Shown here: piece by piece, positions 10,366 to 23,894 of the stretch | Layout: each line of letters starts with the position of its first letter | How positions within the stretch are numbered: the first letter of the stretch is position 1 | DNA from: Eledone cirrhosa | Taxonomy: Eukaryota | Direction of reading: 5' to 3' | DNA: 64,000 nt | Assembly (NCBI GenBank): GCA_964016885.1 | Contig: OZ024754.1 | Location: forward strand, 43,896,001 to 43,960,000 | Program-made: the position numbers and the translations under genes | The notes under the pieces: model-generated | The model's database searches: none | What the model saw: the letters and a program-made list of their open reading frames with translations, nothing else | What the model was told of the DNA's origin: nothing

Positions 10366-13300
10366 ATGGTTTGTTCATTTCCTTCATAACTCGATTTACA
10401 AAATATTTATTTTATTACATTATCTTACCAAATCTATCAACTAATTTATTATTTAAACCTCATCAAATTGTTAAAATAATTCTCTCTCTCTCTCAACATT
10501 TACTTCTAATGAAACAATGGTGTTTTTTTACAGGATTTACTTTTAACGATTATTTTCGTCCTGATTATAGTCGGGACGTTTAAATTTATGTATGAATCCA
10601 AGAAATGAAACCTAATAACGACCCATTAACCTAGTTTCTGCCCTCCTCACCATTATTCTCTCCATTCTCTCCACCATAAGATACTCTACACTTGGTTCCC
10701 TGTCCAACATTAACCATTTATTTCATCTTCACACACCATTATAGGACTTTCTTAATTAATAATTAATAATCAACAACAATATATTTATCGAGGTTTTTTT
10801 TTTAAATTTCTTATAATGAAATTAAACCCCAGCAAAAGAAGCAACGTGACTTGGTAGTTTATGTTCTCTCCAATATATTAAACAATTACTAGTTATAGTT
10901 TGTTGTCAATAACTAATATTTAAGTATCTAATATGTATTTCGGTTCTTCAATATCGTAGAAATATAGATGATAATTCTTTCGATTAAAGAAAATAAAGTT
11001 TGTGATACTAGAGAACCTGCGAAGTCGTTCAACCATCCAATTAGGGGTATCAACTGATATACCATGTAACATTACAGGGTTTAAAACTACGGAATTTGGG
11101 AAAGTTGGGCCTTAGATATATTCTGGTTTAAAATACAAAAAAAAGACGATGTGTTTCATCATAAATATCTGCTCAGTGATAAACAAGAGTGAGGTTTGTA
11201 TCTCGTATTGATTTCACCATCAGGAGGTGGGCTCTTGTGAAACTAAAAGTCTTTGATTCCCAGTCGAAGTTTACTTTTACCTACGATGTTAATTCATGTA
11301 TAAAACAAAGTTTAAAATAACACCACAACAGGAAGTGCTGACGTTTCTTTCTAATGATTTTTTTTTTTTAGACAAACTAATACACAAGTAATGGAGGTGC
11401 GTGGTCTAGTGGTAAGGTTGTTGGGTGTGGAGGTGTGTGGTCTAGTGGTAAAGGTGTTGGAGGTGCGTGGTGTGTGGTCTAGTGGTAAGGTTGTTGGAGG
11501 TGCGTGGTCTAGTGGTAAGGTTGTTGGATGTAGAGGTGTGTGGTCTAGTGGTAAGGTTGTTGGATGTGGAGGTGTGTGGTCTAGTGGTAAGGTTGTTGGA
11601 TGTGGAGGTGTGTGGTCTAGTGGTAAGGGTGTTGGATGTGGAGGTGTGTGGTCTAGTGGTAAGGTTGTTGGAGGTGTGTGGTCTAGTGGTAAGGTTGTTG
11701 GATGTGGAGGTGTGTATGGTCTAGTGGTAAGGTTGTTGGATGTGGAGGTGTGTGGTCTAGTGGTAAGGTTGTTGGATGTGGAGGTGTGTGTGGTCTAGTG
11801 GTAAGGTTGTTGGATGTGGAGGTGTGTGGTCTAGTGGTAAGGTTGTTGGATGTGGAGGTGTGTGGTCTAGTGGTAAGGGTGTTGGATGTGGAGGTGTGTG
11901 GTCTAGTGGTAAGGTTGTTGGATGTGGAGGTGTGTGTGGTCTAGTGGTAAGGTTGTTGGATGTGGAGGTGTGTGTGGTCTAGTGGTAAGGTTGTTGGATG
12001 TGGAGGTGTGTGGTCTAGTGGTAAGGTTGTTGGATGTGGAGGTGTGTGGTCTAGTGGTAAGGTTGTTGGACTTACTATCATAATGTCTTCGGTTCCATTC
12101 CTGAGTTGTGTTCTTGAACAAAACACTTCATTTCATGTTGCTCCAGTATACTCAGTTGAAAATGAGTACCAGTAATAGCTGGGGAGTTGACTCTGAGATG
12201 GACTGGCGTCCTGTCCATGGAGGTTGGGGAGAGTCTTGTACTCTCAGTCACTGCTTCATGCCACGGAGGCAGACTTTAATTTAAATTTTGCTACGGATAA
12301 TAGCGGGACTAAGACACTGGAATAACCACGCACCCTTGCAGGCAATAATAATATTTTATAAAACACTTAATTGTCATTAATTTCATTACAAAGGAAAATA
12401 ATAATAAAAGAAAGTTAATTAATCGTTGGAATTAGTAATCAACTTCCCGCTGTTTAATTGGGAAACTTAATACTTATTTAGTAGTTTTAATTTTCAGTAA
12501 TTTAACTTCCATTTGTAGAAACTTCATTAGAAACTAACGACTCTTGTTTTATTTTTCTTGTTCCTGGCATTAATTAAATTAATACTTAACTTTAATATTT
12601 CGAGCTAATGACAGATCTTCTATATTGTTACTGAAATTGTGAGAAATAACAGCCAAATCCCCCTCAGATTATACATATGCAACCACATACATGGAATGCA
12701 TTGGATGTGTTTTATCACGGCACCAACACTAGGGATATTGTTATGTCCTGTCAACCTTTTTCCTAACAGCAACCACTTTACAGAGTGTACTGGGTGTGTT
12801 TTATGGCACCAACACTAGGGATATTGTCATGTCCTGTCAACCTTTTTCCTAACAGCAACCACTTTACAGAGTGTACTGGTTGTGTTTTATCACGGCACCA
12901 ACACTAGGGATATTGTTATGTCCTGTCAACCTTTTTCCTAACAGCAACCACTTTACAGAGTGTACTGGGTGTGTTTTATGGCACCAACACTAAGGATATT
13001 GTCATGTCCTGTCAACCTTTTTCCTAACAGCAACCACTTTACAGAGTGTACTGGGTGTATTTTATGCTGGCACCAACACTAGGGAGGTTGTAAGATTATT
13101 GACAGACCTTATGTATGCTGTTACCTGTTGAATGTCAGCCGTTAGAACTGACAAATCGCGGTGTAAGGAAGGGGGACTTTCATTAAACCTGAATCACAGG
13201 CGTATTTTCACAGTACATTACATCCATACTATAACATTATTGTTACAATACATTATATTACATCCATATAACATTATATTACATCCATACTATAACATTA

Positions 13301-16081
13301 TATTACATCCATACTATAACATTATATAATATCCACACTATAAGATCATTGTTACAATAACAATAGATTACATCCATACTATAACATTATATTATCCATA
13401 CTGTAACATTATATTATCTATACTATAATATTATATTATCTATACTATAATATTATATTATCTATACTATAATATTATATTATCTATACTATAATAATAT
13501 AATATTATAGTATAGATAATATAATATTATAGTATAGATAATATAATATCTATACTATAACATTATATTATCTATACTGTAATATTATATTATCCATACT
13601 ATAATATTATATTATCCATACTATAACATTATATTATCCATACTGCAACATTATATTATCCATACTATAACATTATATTATCTATACTTGTATCTTTTGT
13701 TACAGTTCAGTAAGTCAATTAATAATTGTTCCCGTAGTAACTGCTCTCTGAACATTTACAAATAGTTGCTACTTGACTAAATCATTCTGTTTTAGTTTGT
13801 ATGTTGGGCAGCAATTAAATTACAGACTTTCTTAAATAGTTTTGTTTATGGGAAGTATAGCATTTGCATACCTTCTCTATATCCCAGTCAAGACTTCTTA
13901 CTTCATGTCTAACACTCTTCTAATTAGCTAAATGAGAGTGAAGTAAAGGGTATAGACTCCTCTTTGTTAACAAAGTCGATGGGATTTGAACCTAGAAAGT
14001 TCATCTCCGAGGCACAAGTCTGGGCAAGGCTGTTTGTGGAAGACCAGCAGTCACCCATGTATACCAGTCTCCCCTCTCCATGCCACCAATGTTGTCCAAG
14101 GGAAAGGTAATGGCCGATACAGCTTGACACCAGTTTTGCCTCAACTCATTTCTTCAGCTGAGTAAACTAGATTCCTTACAGTTTTTTGGTCCCTGAAAAG
14201 TGTCACGGGCTGCCTTTCTAACTCTGACTAAATGACTAAAATGAACGTTCTATTGACATGTATATATGTATGTGTGGTCCCGTAACTCCTGATAAAGTCG
14301 TAGGGGCGTCGTATTGACATACAATGTTTCTTGGGCATTTTAAGCCTGGTGGAGCCCATCGCTCTCCAGGCCTGAATACACTCTATATAACTTTTGTATC
14401 TCTACCACACGCTATATAACTTTTGTATCTCTATCACACTCTATATAACTTTTGTTTCTCTCTCTACCACACTATATATAACTATTGTATCTCTACCACA
14501 CTATATATAACTATTGTATCTCTACCACACCATATATAACTATTGTATCTCTCTCTGTCTCTCTAGTCTCACACCATTATGTTAATCCAACCAAATCCTA
14601 AACCAGAAACTCGAACTTATTCTGATTATGAATCTCTGACTGACTGCCTTGAAGGTTTGTACATTGTAATATCTTTTCTGTTTGTCTCTTTACATCGCCA
14701 TTATCAACCCTGTCCATCTAGAGTTGGTCTTCATCCTTTTTGAGTAGATGAAGTAACTACCAGTAATATACTGGTGTTGGACTTTTATTTATATTAACAT
14801 GAAAAAAGAATATCAGTTCAAATGCATCTTGGCTTTGCGTGAAGTTTTCTTTCTATGTTAACTTTTGATTATTTGCCTGAAATAACCCCGGTGCATTACT
14901 GGTACTTTATTTTATCGACCATGTAAGGATGAGGGACAAAGTTAATCTCGGCGGGATTTGAACTTAGACCGAAAAGGGTCATAACTCTGTGCTGCAAAGC
15001 ATGGCGTCCGACGCTCTACCGATACTGCCAATCCACCAAATAATATCAGCTCTGTAGGGAACCTTTTAAAGCCATTTCATTGTTAGATCATCCCTAGATG
15101 ATCTCTGCTATTAACTGACAATATTAACATTTACTTCATCTTGTTATCCCTTTAGCATTCACATTACTCTATATATACTATTGTATTTTCATGGTAAAGG
15201 CTTTACCTCGCATAATTATCTCACATAATATCGAATCTATGAGATTTTGAAAGTATTTATTTTGAGAACAATACCTTAACAGTTTGAGTGACCAGTTACA
15301 GCCAGTTTCAACAGAGGGAGGGAGAGAATTCTGGCTGGTTTGAACACTAAAGGGTTAACCCGGCCAAAATTTTAACATTGTTTTCTTCTTCCTTCATCTC
15401 AGAAGAGTGATCAAATCTATTGTTTGTTTTTAGGAATATGTAAAATCTATGAAGAACACTTGAAGAGGATGAATCCAGCTTGTCCTTCCATCACATATGA
15501 TATTAGTCAGTTGTTTGATTTTATCGATGAACTAACTGATCTCTCATGTCTTGTGTAAGTAATTCTCTCTCATTTTACTTTTAATTTATATATCATCATC
15601 ATTTAACGTCCATCTTCCACGCTAGCATGGGTTAGACGGTTTTGTTCTATTTGATGCAGGAATGGTCAGGAGACCATGTCTCGCTCATACGGAAGTGTCT
15701 CTGGCAGATTTTTTACAGCTAGATGCCCTTCCTAACACCAACCACCTTTACAGTGTGGACTGGGAACCTTTTTACTGTGTCTGACGCGACCACCTTACAG
15801 TGTGGACTGTTGTGATGGCGACACAACAAAAAGTAGGATGCATTGCTGTCAAGGTTTTCATCAATAATGAATCTTTTAAAAAATTGTGAATATTATTTTA
15901 TTCAATTAAAAATAAAGCTGTAAAAAAACAAATTCTTTTTTTTACAAAACCTAAAAAAAATGTTTTTTTTACCCCCCCTAACAGATTCCAAAAATCTACT
16001 GGGACCTATGTTCCACACAACAAAGAGTGGATGAAGGAAAAGATCTATATAATGTTGCGGAAACAAGCTGGATCAGGTTAA
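10366..16081 (+). CDS. ERH: Enhancer of rudimentary homolog (102 aa)
   Basis: ATG-only first coding exon 10366-10368 (ATG|GTTTGT, inferred), then exons 14567-14654, 15434-15554, 15985-16081: [102 protein letters not shown]. Confidence 0.95.
11391..12230 (+). mobile_element. tRNA-derived SINE whose 5' head is amplified into a ~34-bp minisatellite (~20 units)
   Basis: Unit GGAGGTGTGTGGTCTAGTGGTAAGGTTGTTGGATGT carries A-box TGGTCTAGTGG. It is followed by a SINE body (TTCTTGAACAAAACACTT...GCTCCAGT...GAGTACCAG) homologous to 42147-42290. Confidence 0.75.
12700..13085. repeat. ~90-93-bp tandem repeat (x4) derived from a dispersed SINE-like segment
   Basis: Unit contains CCTAACAGCAACCACTTTACAGAGTGTACTGGGTG, the reverse complement of the CACTCTGTAAAGTGGTTGGTGTTAGGAAGG motif seen at ~41415 and ~42365. 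Confidence 0.8.
13225..13690. repeat. AT-rich ~22-bp minisatellite with an internal inverted block
   Basis: Unit TATACTATAATATTATATTATC; reversed units at ~13500-13548. Confidence 0.85.
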
Positions 16082-18386
16082 AGGAAGCAGGGAACAAGCA
16101 TTAACTCTCTTCATTTTTATTTCATCATTTTTCTGGGGGTTTTTTTCTTTCTTTTTCCAAATGAAACTTTCTTCTGCAGTTAAGTTAATTATTTAATATT
16201 TAGATAACCTAACCTTTGACACATTGACCATTATTTCATATTCTAGCCATGTCATATTTTTATGGTAATTAACATCTCGCATATCATGTTGAATCATGGC
16301 TTTGATTGTATTTATGAAAGTCAGGCCTTATGTGAAAATAAAACTTTGATATTGACAGATATTGGCCCATTTTTGGAATTAAATTACAAATAATTATTTT
16401 TAATAAGACTAAAATATATTGCTATGGAGAAGTTATCCAGCAGAAATCTCAGCAATGTGTGGGCAAATATCTTTAATATTGTTCTAAAGTATCAATCAGT
16501 TTGTGGATTTTTTTTAACATCCATCTGGAAATATTTTGTAAACAGCCTGTTCCCCATCTTCTACATTTCATGTTTACATGACGATGGATGATTATTTTGG
16601 ATTTAAAGAAAACTCATGTTTCAAAAATACCTGAATAAAAAATATTTCTAAAATATTGTGATTTTATTTTTTTGTAATATTTTTCACTTAACACACAACA
16701 GAAACTGTCATCGTTTAACATCGATTTCCCCCCCCCCCCCCACGGGTCAGACGAGTTATCCCGAGGTAACCATGGCCTCATTTCTAGAGCTGGATGCTCT
16801 TCCAAGTGCCAACTAGTACTTTTTTTTTTTTTTTATCAACCTCGGAAGGGTAAAAGTTGACTTCGGTGTCCCAAAAAGTTTGAGAACCTCTGTTCTAACA
16901 TCCCCAATTTGCTCCCATTTAGAGACACAACAAGATGAACTCTTAAAACACTTTATTTATGATTTACAAACAAAGTCAACTTTATTATAACAGAAAACAG
17001 CAGAACATTTCTAGACCAGTGGATGAAATGATTTTTTTTATGTAATTCTTAACAATTTTAAATTTGGGAAAAGAAATGAGTTAGAACAATATATAATTAA
17101 TTGCAGAGCATTTTTGCTTTTTCTAATTTCATCAAATATAATTTATGTTAACAAGAAAGACAAACCAGGGAAAATAACAACTTACAGATCAGATTGGTAA
17201 CTAATAGCATGGCTAATAGAGTACCCTTATGTTCTTTAGAGGGTGAGGTATTGACATATCATATGGTACCCTCATTATGTTCTTTAGAAAACAATCGTTG
17301 CTACAAAGATTTCCTAGAACTTCAGAAAAGAAATTCCTGCAAATTTTGATGGATATTTTGTTTACAAAACACACAAAAGTATTGAAATTCAGATTGGGAA
17401 GTAGTATCTTCTCTAGAAGTATAGGGCACACAATGAGGTGGAGGTATATTCTTTAAGTAGTAACTTCTCTAGAAGAATATGGGCACATATTGTGGAGATC
17501 TGTTACTTAAGTAGCACCTTAAGAAATATAGAGCACACATGTGGAAGTCTGTTCCTCTGGAGAAGTGTTGTGGTGAACACTCCTTTGGGATTAAAGAAAT
17601 GGACTCGGCAATCTATTATAAATAAGCAACGTGTTTCGTTGTCTGGAGTCTTGCTTGAAAGTCTCATGTTTTGTAGTCGGAAGTTAAGCTGGAGATAAAA
17701 TTGTTAGTACCCCTGCATCGTAGAAAATATAACCAGTCCAAAGGGTTATAAAAGGTGGAGAATTGGGAGAGTTGTTAGAACATCAGACAGAATGAGATGT
17801 GGTCTTTGTACCAGCATCCTGAGTTTAAGCACCATCAAAGTCAACTTTGCCTTTCATTCTTCCTCTATCTCTTTCTCACTTTCTCTGGAAAAATTTGGCT
17901 GTGTTCAGACCTGGAGAGGGGTGGGTTCTGCCAGGTTTAAAATGCCCCAACATGCCGCATGTCGTCACTAATAGTATCATGAAATATTAAATAAGCTCTA
18001 GCAATAAATACAAAGGAAGTAGAATTTATTCAGTCTTTTACTGCTGTTAATTAACAGACTAACGATGCTAGGGTGTTGCATTCAAGTCTTTTAATCAACT
18101 AGAATGTTTTTCTATACGCTGCTGTGTGTGTGTATGTGCATATGCATACACACTTACAAAAATACACTCAGACTCACACACTGCATAGTTTTTTCACCAT
18201 CCCCTTCCTGTTACACACATATTCAGCAGAGGTAAAGAGAGGGGAGTAGTATGAGGTAGTCAAACTACTCTTTACATGTGACAGAATCGCAGAAATTTAT
18301 ATATGTATTATATCTACGCCACTATTTCAGTCTGGTACTTAACATTTTTATAACCAAAGATCAATAAATTAAGTTACCAATTCTTA

Positions 18387-18859
18387 CTGTATATACTCGA
18401 ATATAAGTCGACCCCCGCCACCCTATTTTATGTCTGAAAAATAGGTGAAAATCCAAACCCCCTTTTATAAACCAAGACAGCTAATCAACATTGTTTAGAT
18501 CAGGGGATCACCAACCTTTTGGACCTCACAGACCACTAATATGAATTGTTTTAAAAAGATAAATACATTTGTAAAATAATGATCAGAGAACTTCCATTTT
18601 ATTAATAGGAAATTCACCTATTTTATAACACCCCTAAACATTTTTTAGGGGTGTTATAAAATATCTTAACTGAATATTATTTTTGTTTTATTATTAATAA
18701 AACATAAAATTTGCAAATAATGTCCAAAATTTCCTTGCGGTCCCCCGGTTAGCAACTGCTGGTTTAGATGGTGTATATAAGCCAACCTCCCATTTTACCA
18801 TCGATTTTTTTTGGAGGGGAGGGTCACATATTCCTTGGTTTATATTCGAGTATATATAG
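18387..18859. mobile_element. Tc1/pogo-like non-autonomous DNA transposon
   Basis: TIR CTGTATATACTCGAATATAA / TTATATTCGAGTATATATAG with TA target duplications at 18385-18386 and 18860-18861. Confidence 0.8.
18501..18761. mobile_element. hAT (Charlie-like) MITE nested in the pogo-like element
   Basis: Termini CAGGGG...CTGCTG; perfect 8-bp TSD GTTTAGAT at 18493-18500 and 18762-18769. Confidence 0.8.
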
Positions 18860-19038
18860 TAAGTAATTTTTCACCCCATTTTTACATATTTTAACTTCTT
18901 TACTGAAGTGAATATAAAATCCATAAACAGATATAAGAAAACAAATGACAATGTTCCTGAGAGCTTGCTAGAGTCTTCACTCTAGATAACAGAAGGCCAT
19001 ACTGGTGGTAGTTTACTTGCAGTTGTTGTTGTCGTTTG

Positions 19039-22000
19039 TTATCTGCCGAGGTTTGGGAATTTCAAATGAACAGTTTTACACAGAATTTGTAGGATACGGA
19101 GCTTGGGCCATGAATGCTGTTGCAATAAAGATGAAAAGTTAGGTTTTAGAAAGCTGAAACTATCGAAGGTTATTATAAATAGTAAAATGATAAGAATTGT
19201 TACCTCTCAGTCCTAATTGGTTGATCACAGCTTTAGTTAATCTCTCTACTACATGTGTGTATGGTCTTGTAACAATTGATGGAGTATTTTTTAATCTGGC
19301 AGAGCTCATACCCTCTCAAGGTCTGAACAAAGCTGATCTACAACTTAATACCCACAACAGATGTAGACTTTATGATGTCACAACTTAATACCCACAACAG
19401 ATATAGACTTTATGATGTCACTACAACTTAATACCAACAGATGTAGACTTTATGATGTCCCTACAACTCAATACCAACAGATGTAGACTTTATGATGTCC
19501 CTACAACTTAATATCAACAGATGTAGACTTTATGATGTCTCTACAACTTAATACCAACAGATGTAGACTTTATGATGTCCCTACAACTTAATACCAACAG
19601 ATGTAGACTTTATGATATCACTACAACTTAATACCCACAACAGATATAGACTTTATGATGTCACTACAACTTAATAGCAACAGATGTAGACTTTATGATG
19701 CCCCTACAACTTAATACCAACAGATGTAGACTTTATGATGTCCCTACAACTTAATATCAACAGATGTAGACTTTATGATGTCTCTACAACTTAATACCAA
19801 CAGATGTAGACTTTATGATGTCCCTACAACTTAATACCAACAGATGTAGACTTTATGATGTCCCTACAACTTAATACCAACAGATGTAGACTTTATGATG
19901 TCCCTACAACTTAATACCAACAGATGTAGACTTTATGATGTCCCTACAACTTAATACCAACAGATGTAGACTTTATGATGTCACTACAACCTAATCCCCA
20001 ACCGAGAACAGAACATTGTGCTATGTATTCTGGGAGTTTACTTACTGTGAACAGGGGCAGTATCCCGCTCCAGACCTTGTTTGGTTTCTGAAGTAACAGG
20101 GCTAAGTAAAAGATAATGTGATGCTGGAAAAGAAATCAAGTGAAAATTAATTAAAAACTAATTTAATTGATGACAATGAAACATGTAATTAAAATATAGC
20201 AACTCATCAGCAAAACCTAAAATATTTCTACTTTTATGATGGTGATGCTGGTGGTGGTGTTGATGTTGGTGATGGTGGTGCTGATGATGGTGGTGGTGAT
20301 GATGATGGTGGTGATGATGGTGGTGGTAGTGATGATGGTGGTGGTGGTGGTGGTGATGATGATGATGGTGGTGATGGTGGCGGTGAAGACAGTGATAGTG
20401 AATGTTGTAAAGAAAAATAAGAAACTTTTTTTTTTAAATAAGTGCCAAAGAATGGACTTACCATTTGGACCCCTTCAAGAATAACAATGTCTTTGATGTG
20501 AGTCATATCAATAAACTTAGTGGTGCAGTGGCCAAACAGGAACTTAGTCTCAATCTGGACCCCAATGGCGGTAAGAAACAGGACAGACTCTGTAATGTGT
20601 GTTGAAACATGTAGAAAGACAGAGAAGAGACAGTTTTTGGTTAATACATATTAGTAATTGTTTCTACTTTAGGCACAAGGCCAGCAATTACCCCAGTGTA
20701 TTACTGGTACTTTATTTTATCGACCCCTTAATACATAATAATTGTCTACTGTTGGCACAAGGCCAGCAATTACCCCAGTGTATTACTGGTACTTTATTTT
20801 ATCGACCCCTTAATACATAATAATTGTCTACTGTTGGCACAAGGCCAACAATTACCCCAGTGCATTACTGGTACTTTATTTTATCGACCCCTTAATACAT
20901 AATAATTGTCTACTGTTGGCACAAGGCCAGCAATTACCCCAGTGCATTACTGGTACTTTATTTTATCGACCCCTTAATACATAATAATTGTCTACTGTTG
21001 GCACAAGGCCAACAATTACCCCAGTGCATTACTGGTACTTCATTTTATCAATTCTGTAAGGATGAAAGGCAAAGCTAACCTCGGTGGGATTTGAACACAG
21101 AACGTAAAGGGTCATAACTCTATGCTGAAAAACATGGCGTCCGACGCTCTACCGATTACTGCCAATCCACCGCCCGTTAATACAGGTAACATGACACAGT
21201 AGTTATTATATTTAACAATACATGTTACTTGATAAAGTTATGATAAAAATGATTTCATATTAAAACCGATGTTCGATGTTCAAATGTATTTAATGAGAGA
21301 AATTGATTGATGCTGTCACCTGTCAGAACCTTACGGTAGAGTTTGACAACAAAAACAGCCAGGAGTATAATGAAGAATATGTATAAACTACTGTCATCCT
21401 GTAAAGATAGAAAATATTACATTAGAATACATTAACATATAAATATATATACACTTATACATACCACTACATGTGCACATATAAATATATATACACTTAT
21501 ACATACCACTACATGTGCACACATAAATATATATATATTTATACATACCACTACATGTGCACACATAAATATATATACACTTATACATACCACTACATGT
21601 GCACATATAAATATATATACACTTATACATACCACTACATGTGCACACATAAATATATATACATTTATACATACCACTACATGTGCACACATAAATATAT
21701 ATACATTTATACATACCACTACATGTGCACACATAAATATATATATATTTATACATACCACTACATGTGCACACATAAATATATATATATTTATACATAC
21801 CACTACATGTGCACACATAAATATATATACATTTATACATACCACTACATGTGCACACATAAATATATATATATTTATACATACCACTACATGTGCACAC
21901 ATAAATATATATACATTTATACATACCACTACATGTGCACACATAAATATATATATATTTATACATACCACTACATGTGCACACATAAATATATATACAT

Positions 22001-22737
22001 TTATACATACCACTACATGTGCACACACAAATATATATACACTTATACATACCACTACAGTAACACATAAATACACTCACACACAGATATCACTACATGT
22101 ATAAATATACACACACATACATAGATATGACTACATGTGTATACATAAATATATATACACACACACACACACATACATACATAGATATGACTACATGTGT
22201 ATACATAAATATACACACACACACACACACATACATAGATATGACTACACGTGTATACATAAATATATACACACAGAAGAGTCTATTCCAAATGAATTCC
22301 ATTGCCAAAGATCTCCAGTAGGATCTGACCAGATTCCAGACCGGAAAACTGGTTGTACATAATAAATACGAACTCATTCCTAATAAAACTTCCATAAATA
22401 AACACAATAAGGTAGATGTACAAGAGGAAAATACCTACCCAAGTGTGTTAGCAGACACCAAGGTAGGTTATAGAAGTGAAAGCCATTAACAGCAGATGAT
22501 GGAAATACGATTATTAATGTTTCACTTTCACAAAGAAACGATAGGAGGTGACGTTCCAATAATTTCGATATTATCATTAAATTGTTTGGTTACGAAAAGT
22601 GAAAATATTAAACTATAATACTCTAGTAGTTGGTGAGAGTGTTGAACAGGTATGTAGAGAGGGTGGTGGAACTGTCAGTGACCAGGTCGCAAGCAGAGCA
22701 ACGAAATGTTTAACACCATAAAATGTGATATATCATA

Positions 22738-22777
<40 letters not shown>

Positions 22778-23894
22778 ATAGCAGTTTTTGTGCGTGTTTA
22801 ATGGCTAAAATGACACACCTACGATGTAATTGTAAAGGGGAAAATAGATAGAAAGACAGGTATCGGAGAAGGTGGTGGTGTGAAGTAGAGGTGAAGATAT
22901 GAGAAGCTGGGAGGGGTGTAGAAGATAGTTTAATCTATAATCTAAGGAGAGAGAGGGGGGTTCTTTTTAATAAAAACGACAGAAATATAAGGAACTACAT
23001 ACAGGACCTCAAACAAGAAACAGTTGACCCACCCTCAGTCAACATTTTTTAGTCATGGTTGGAGAAGGGGTGGACCAACCACCCGCTCAAGTTTAACCAT
23101 CGCTTCTCGTATTGATACCTATCTGGGAGGTATCGATACCAAGTGATGTTTGATACTCAGAAGAGAATCGTCTCTACCTTGGTATGAGTCTAATTACGAT
23201 TACCGGATACCAAATGACCATACTTAAGATATATAGAGATGTTATGCATATGTGTAGATGTATATATATAAATCTATGTTGTATGCATATATATATGTAT
23301 ATATATATATATATATAATGTTGTGTGCATATATATATATATAATGTTGTGTGCATATATATATATATATATGTCTGTTAGGTGTGTCTATAGTGATGCG
23401 TGTGTGTGTGTATAGATATGTCTGTTGGGTGTGTATATACAGATAGATGTGTATATAATGATGTATATGTATATATATGCGTGTGTCTGTTAGGTGCGTA
23501 TAGTGATGTGTGTATATATATATATATATATAGATAGATGTGTATATATGTGTTAGATGTGTATAGATGGGAATTGATACTCATCTGGGAGGCATCGATA
23601 CCAAGTGGTGTTCGATACCCAGAAGAGGAACGTTTCTACCTTGGTATGAGTTTAATTACCCAAATGACCACACTTAAGATTTATGCACATATTATTTAAG
23701 AAATTGTTAGAAAAGAAACAGAACATTTTATATAAACTTACCCATTCAGAAAGATTGACTAAATAAGCAGCAACTGTTAAAAAGGGTGTTGAATAAATCA
23801 TTCTAAATAGATGTATCTGTGGGTGTTCGATAATAAATTCACTGCCTTGTTTACCGTAATCTTTGTGGGTGAACCGTACTGCATGTCTAATCAT
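19039..23894 (-). CDS. PIGH: Phosphatidylinositol N-acetylglucosaminyltransferase subunit H (GPI biosynthesis), ~171 aa
   Basis: Exons 23742-23894, 21320-21398, 20462-20589, 20046-20123, 19039-19116 splice in frame. Two hydrophobic segments are followed by ESVLFLTAIGVQIETKFLFGHCTTKFIDMTHIKDIVILEGVQMHHIIFYLALLL...ILPLFTHSWPKLRIL, matching the PIG-H domain pattern. Confidence 0.88.
19339..19995. repeat. 41-bp minisatellite in PIGH intron
   Basis: Unit CTACAACTTAATACCAACAGATGTAGACTTTATGATGTCC. Confidence 0.95.
20655..21175 (-). mobile_element. tRNA-derived Nin/Deu-domain-like SINE with its 3' part tandemly repeated (~82 bp x5)
   Basis: Minus strand: GGGCGGTGGATTGGCAG (A box)...GTTCAAATCCC (B box)...GCCTTTCATCCTTAC...GATAAAATAAAGTACCAG...GGCCTTGTGCC. 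Many other copies, e.g. 14885-15040, 37620-37750, 37920-38150, 41835-42022, 49715-49868, 53565-53860, 56440-56570, 61335-61490. Confidence 0.85.
21436..22280. repeat. 42-bp minisatellite in PIGH intron 1
   Basis: Unit ACATACCACTACATGTGCACACATAAATATATATACATTTAT; explains three spurious Cys/Tyr-rich ORFs. Confidence 0.95.

Noticed and set aside
22380-22577. Alternative PIGH first exon (MIISKLL...)
   Set aside because: 23742-23894 matches the PIG-H N-terminus better and has the right phase.
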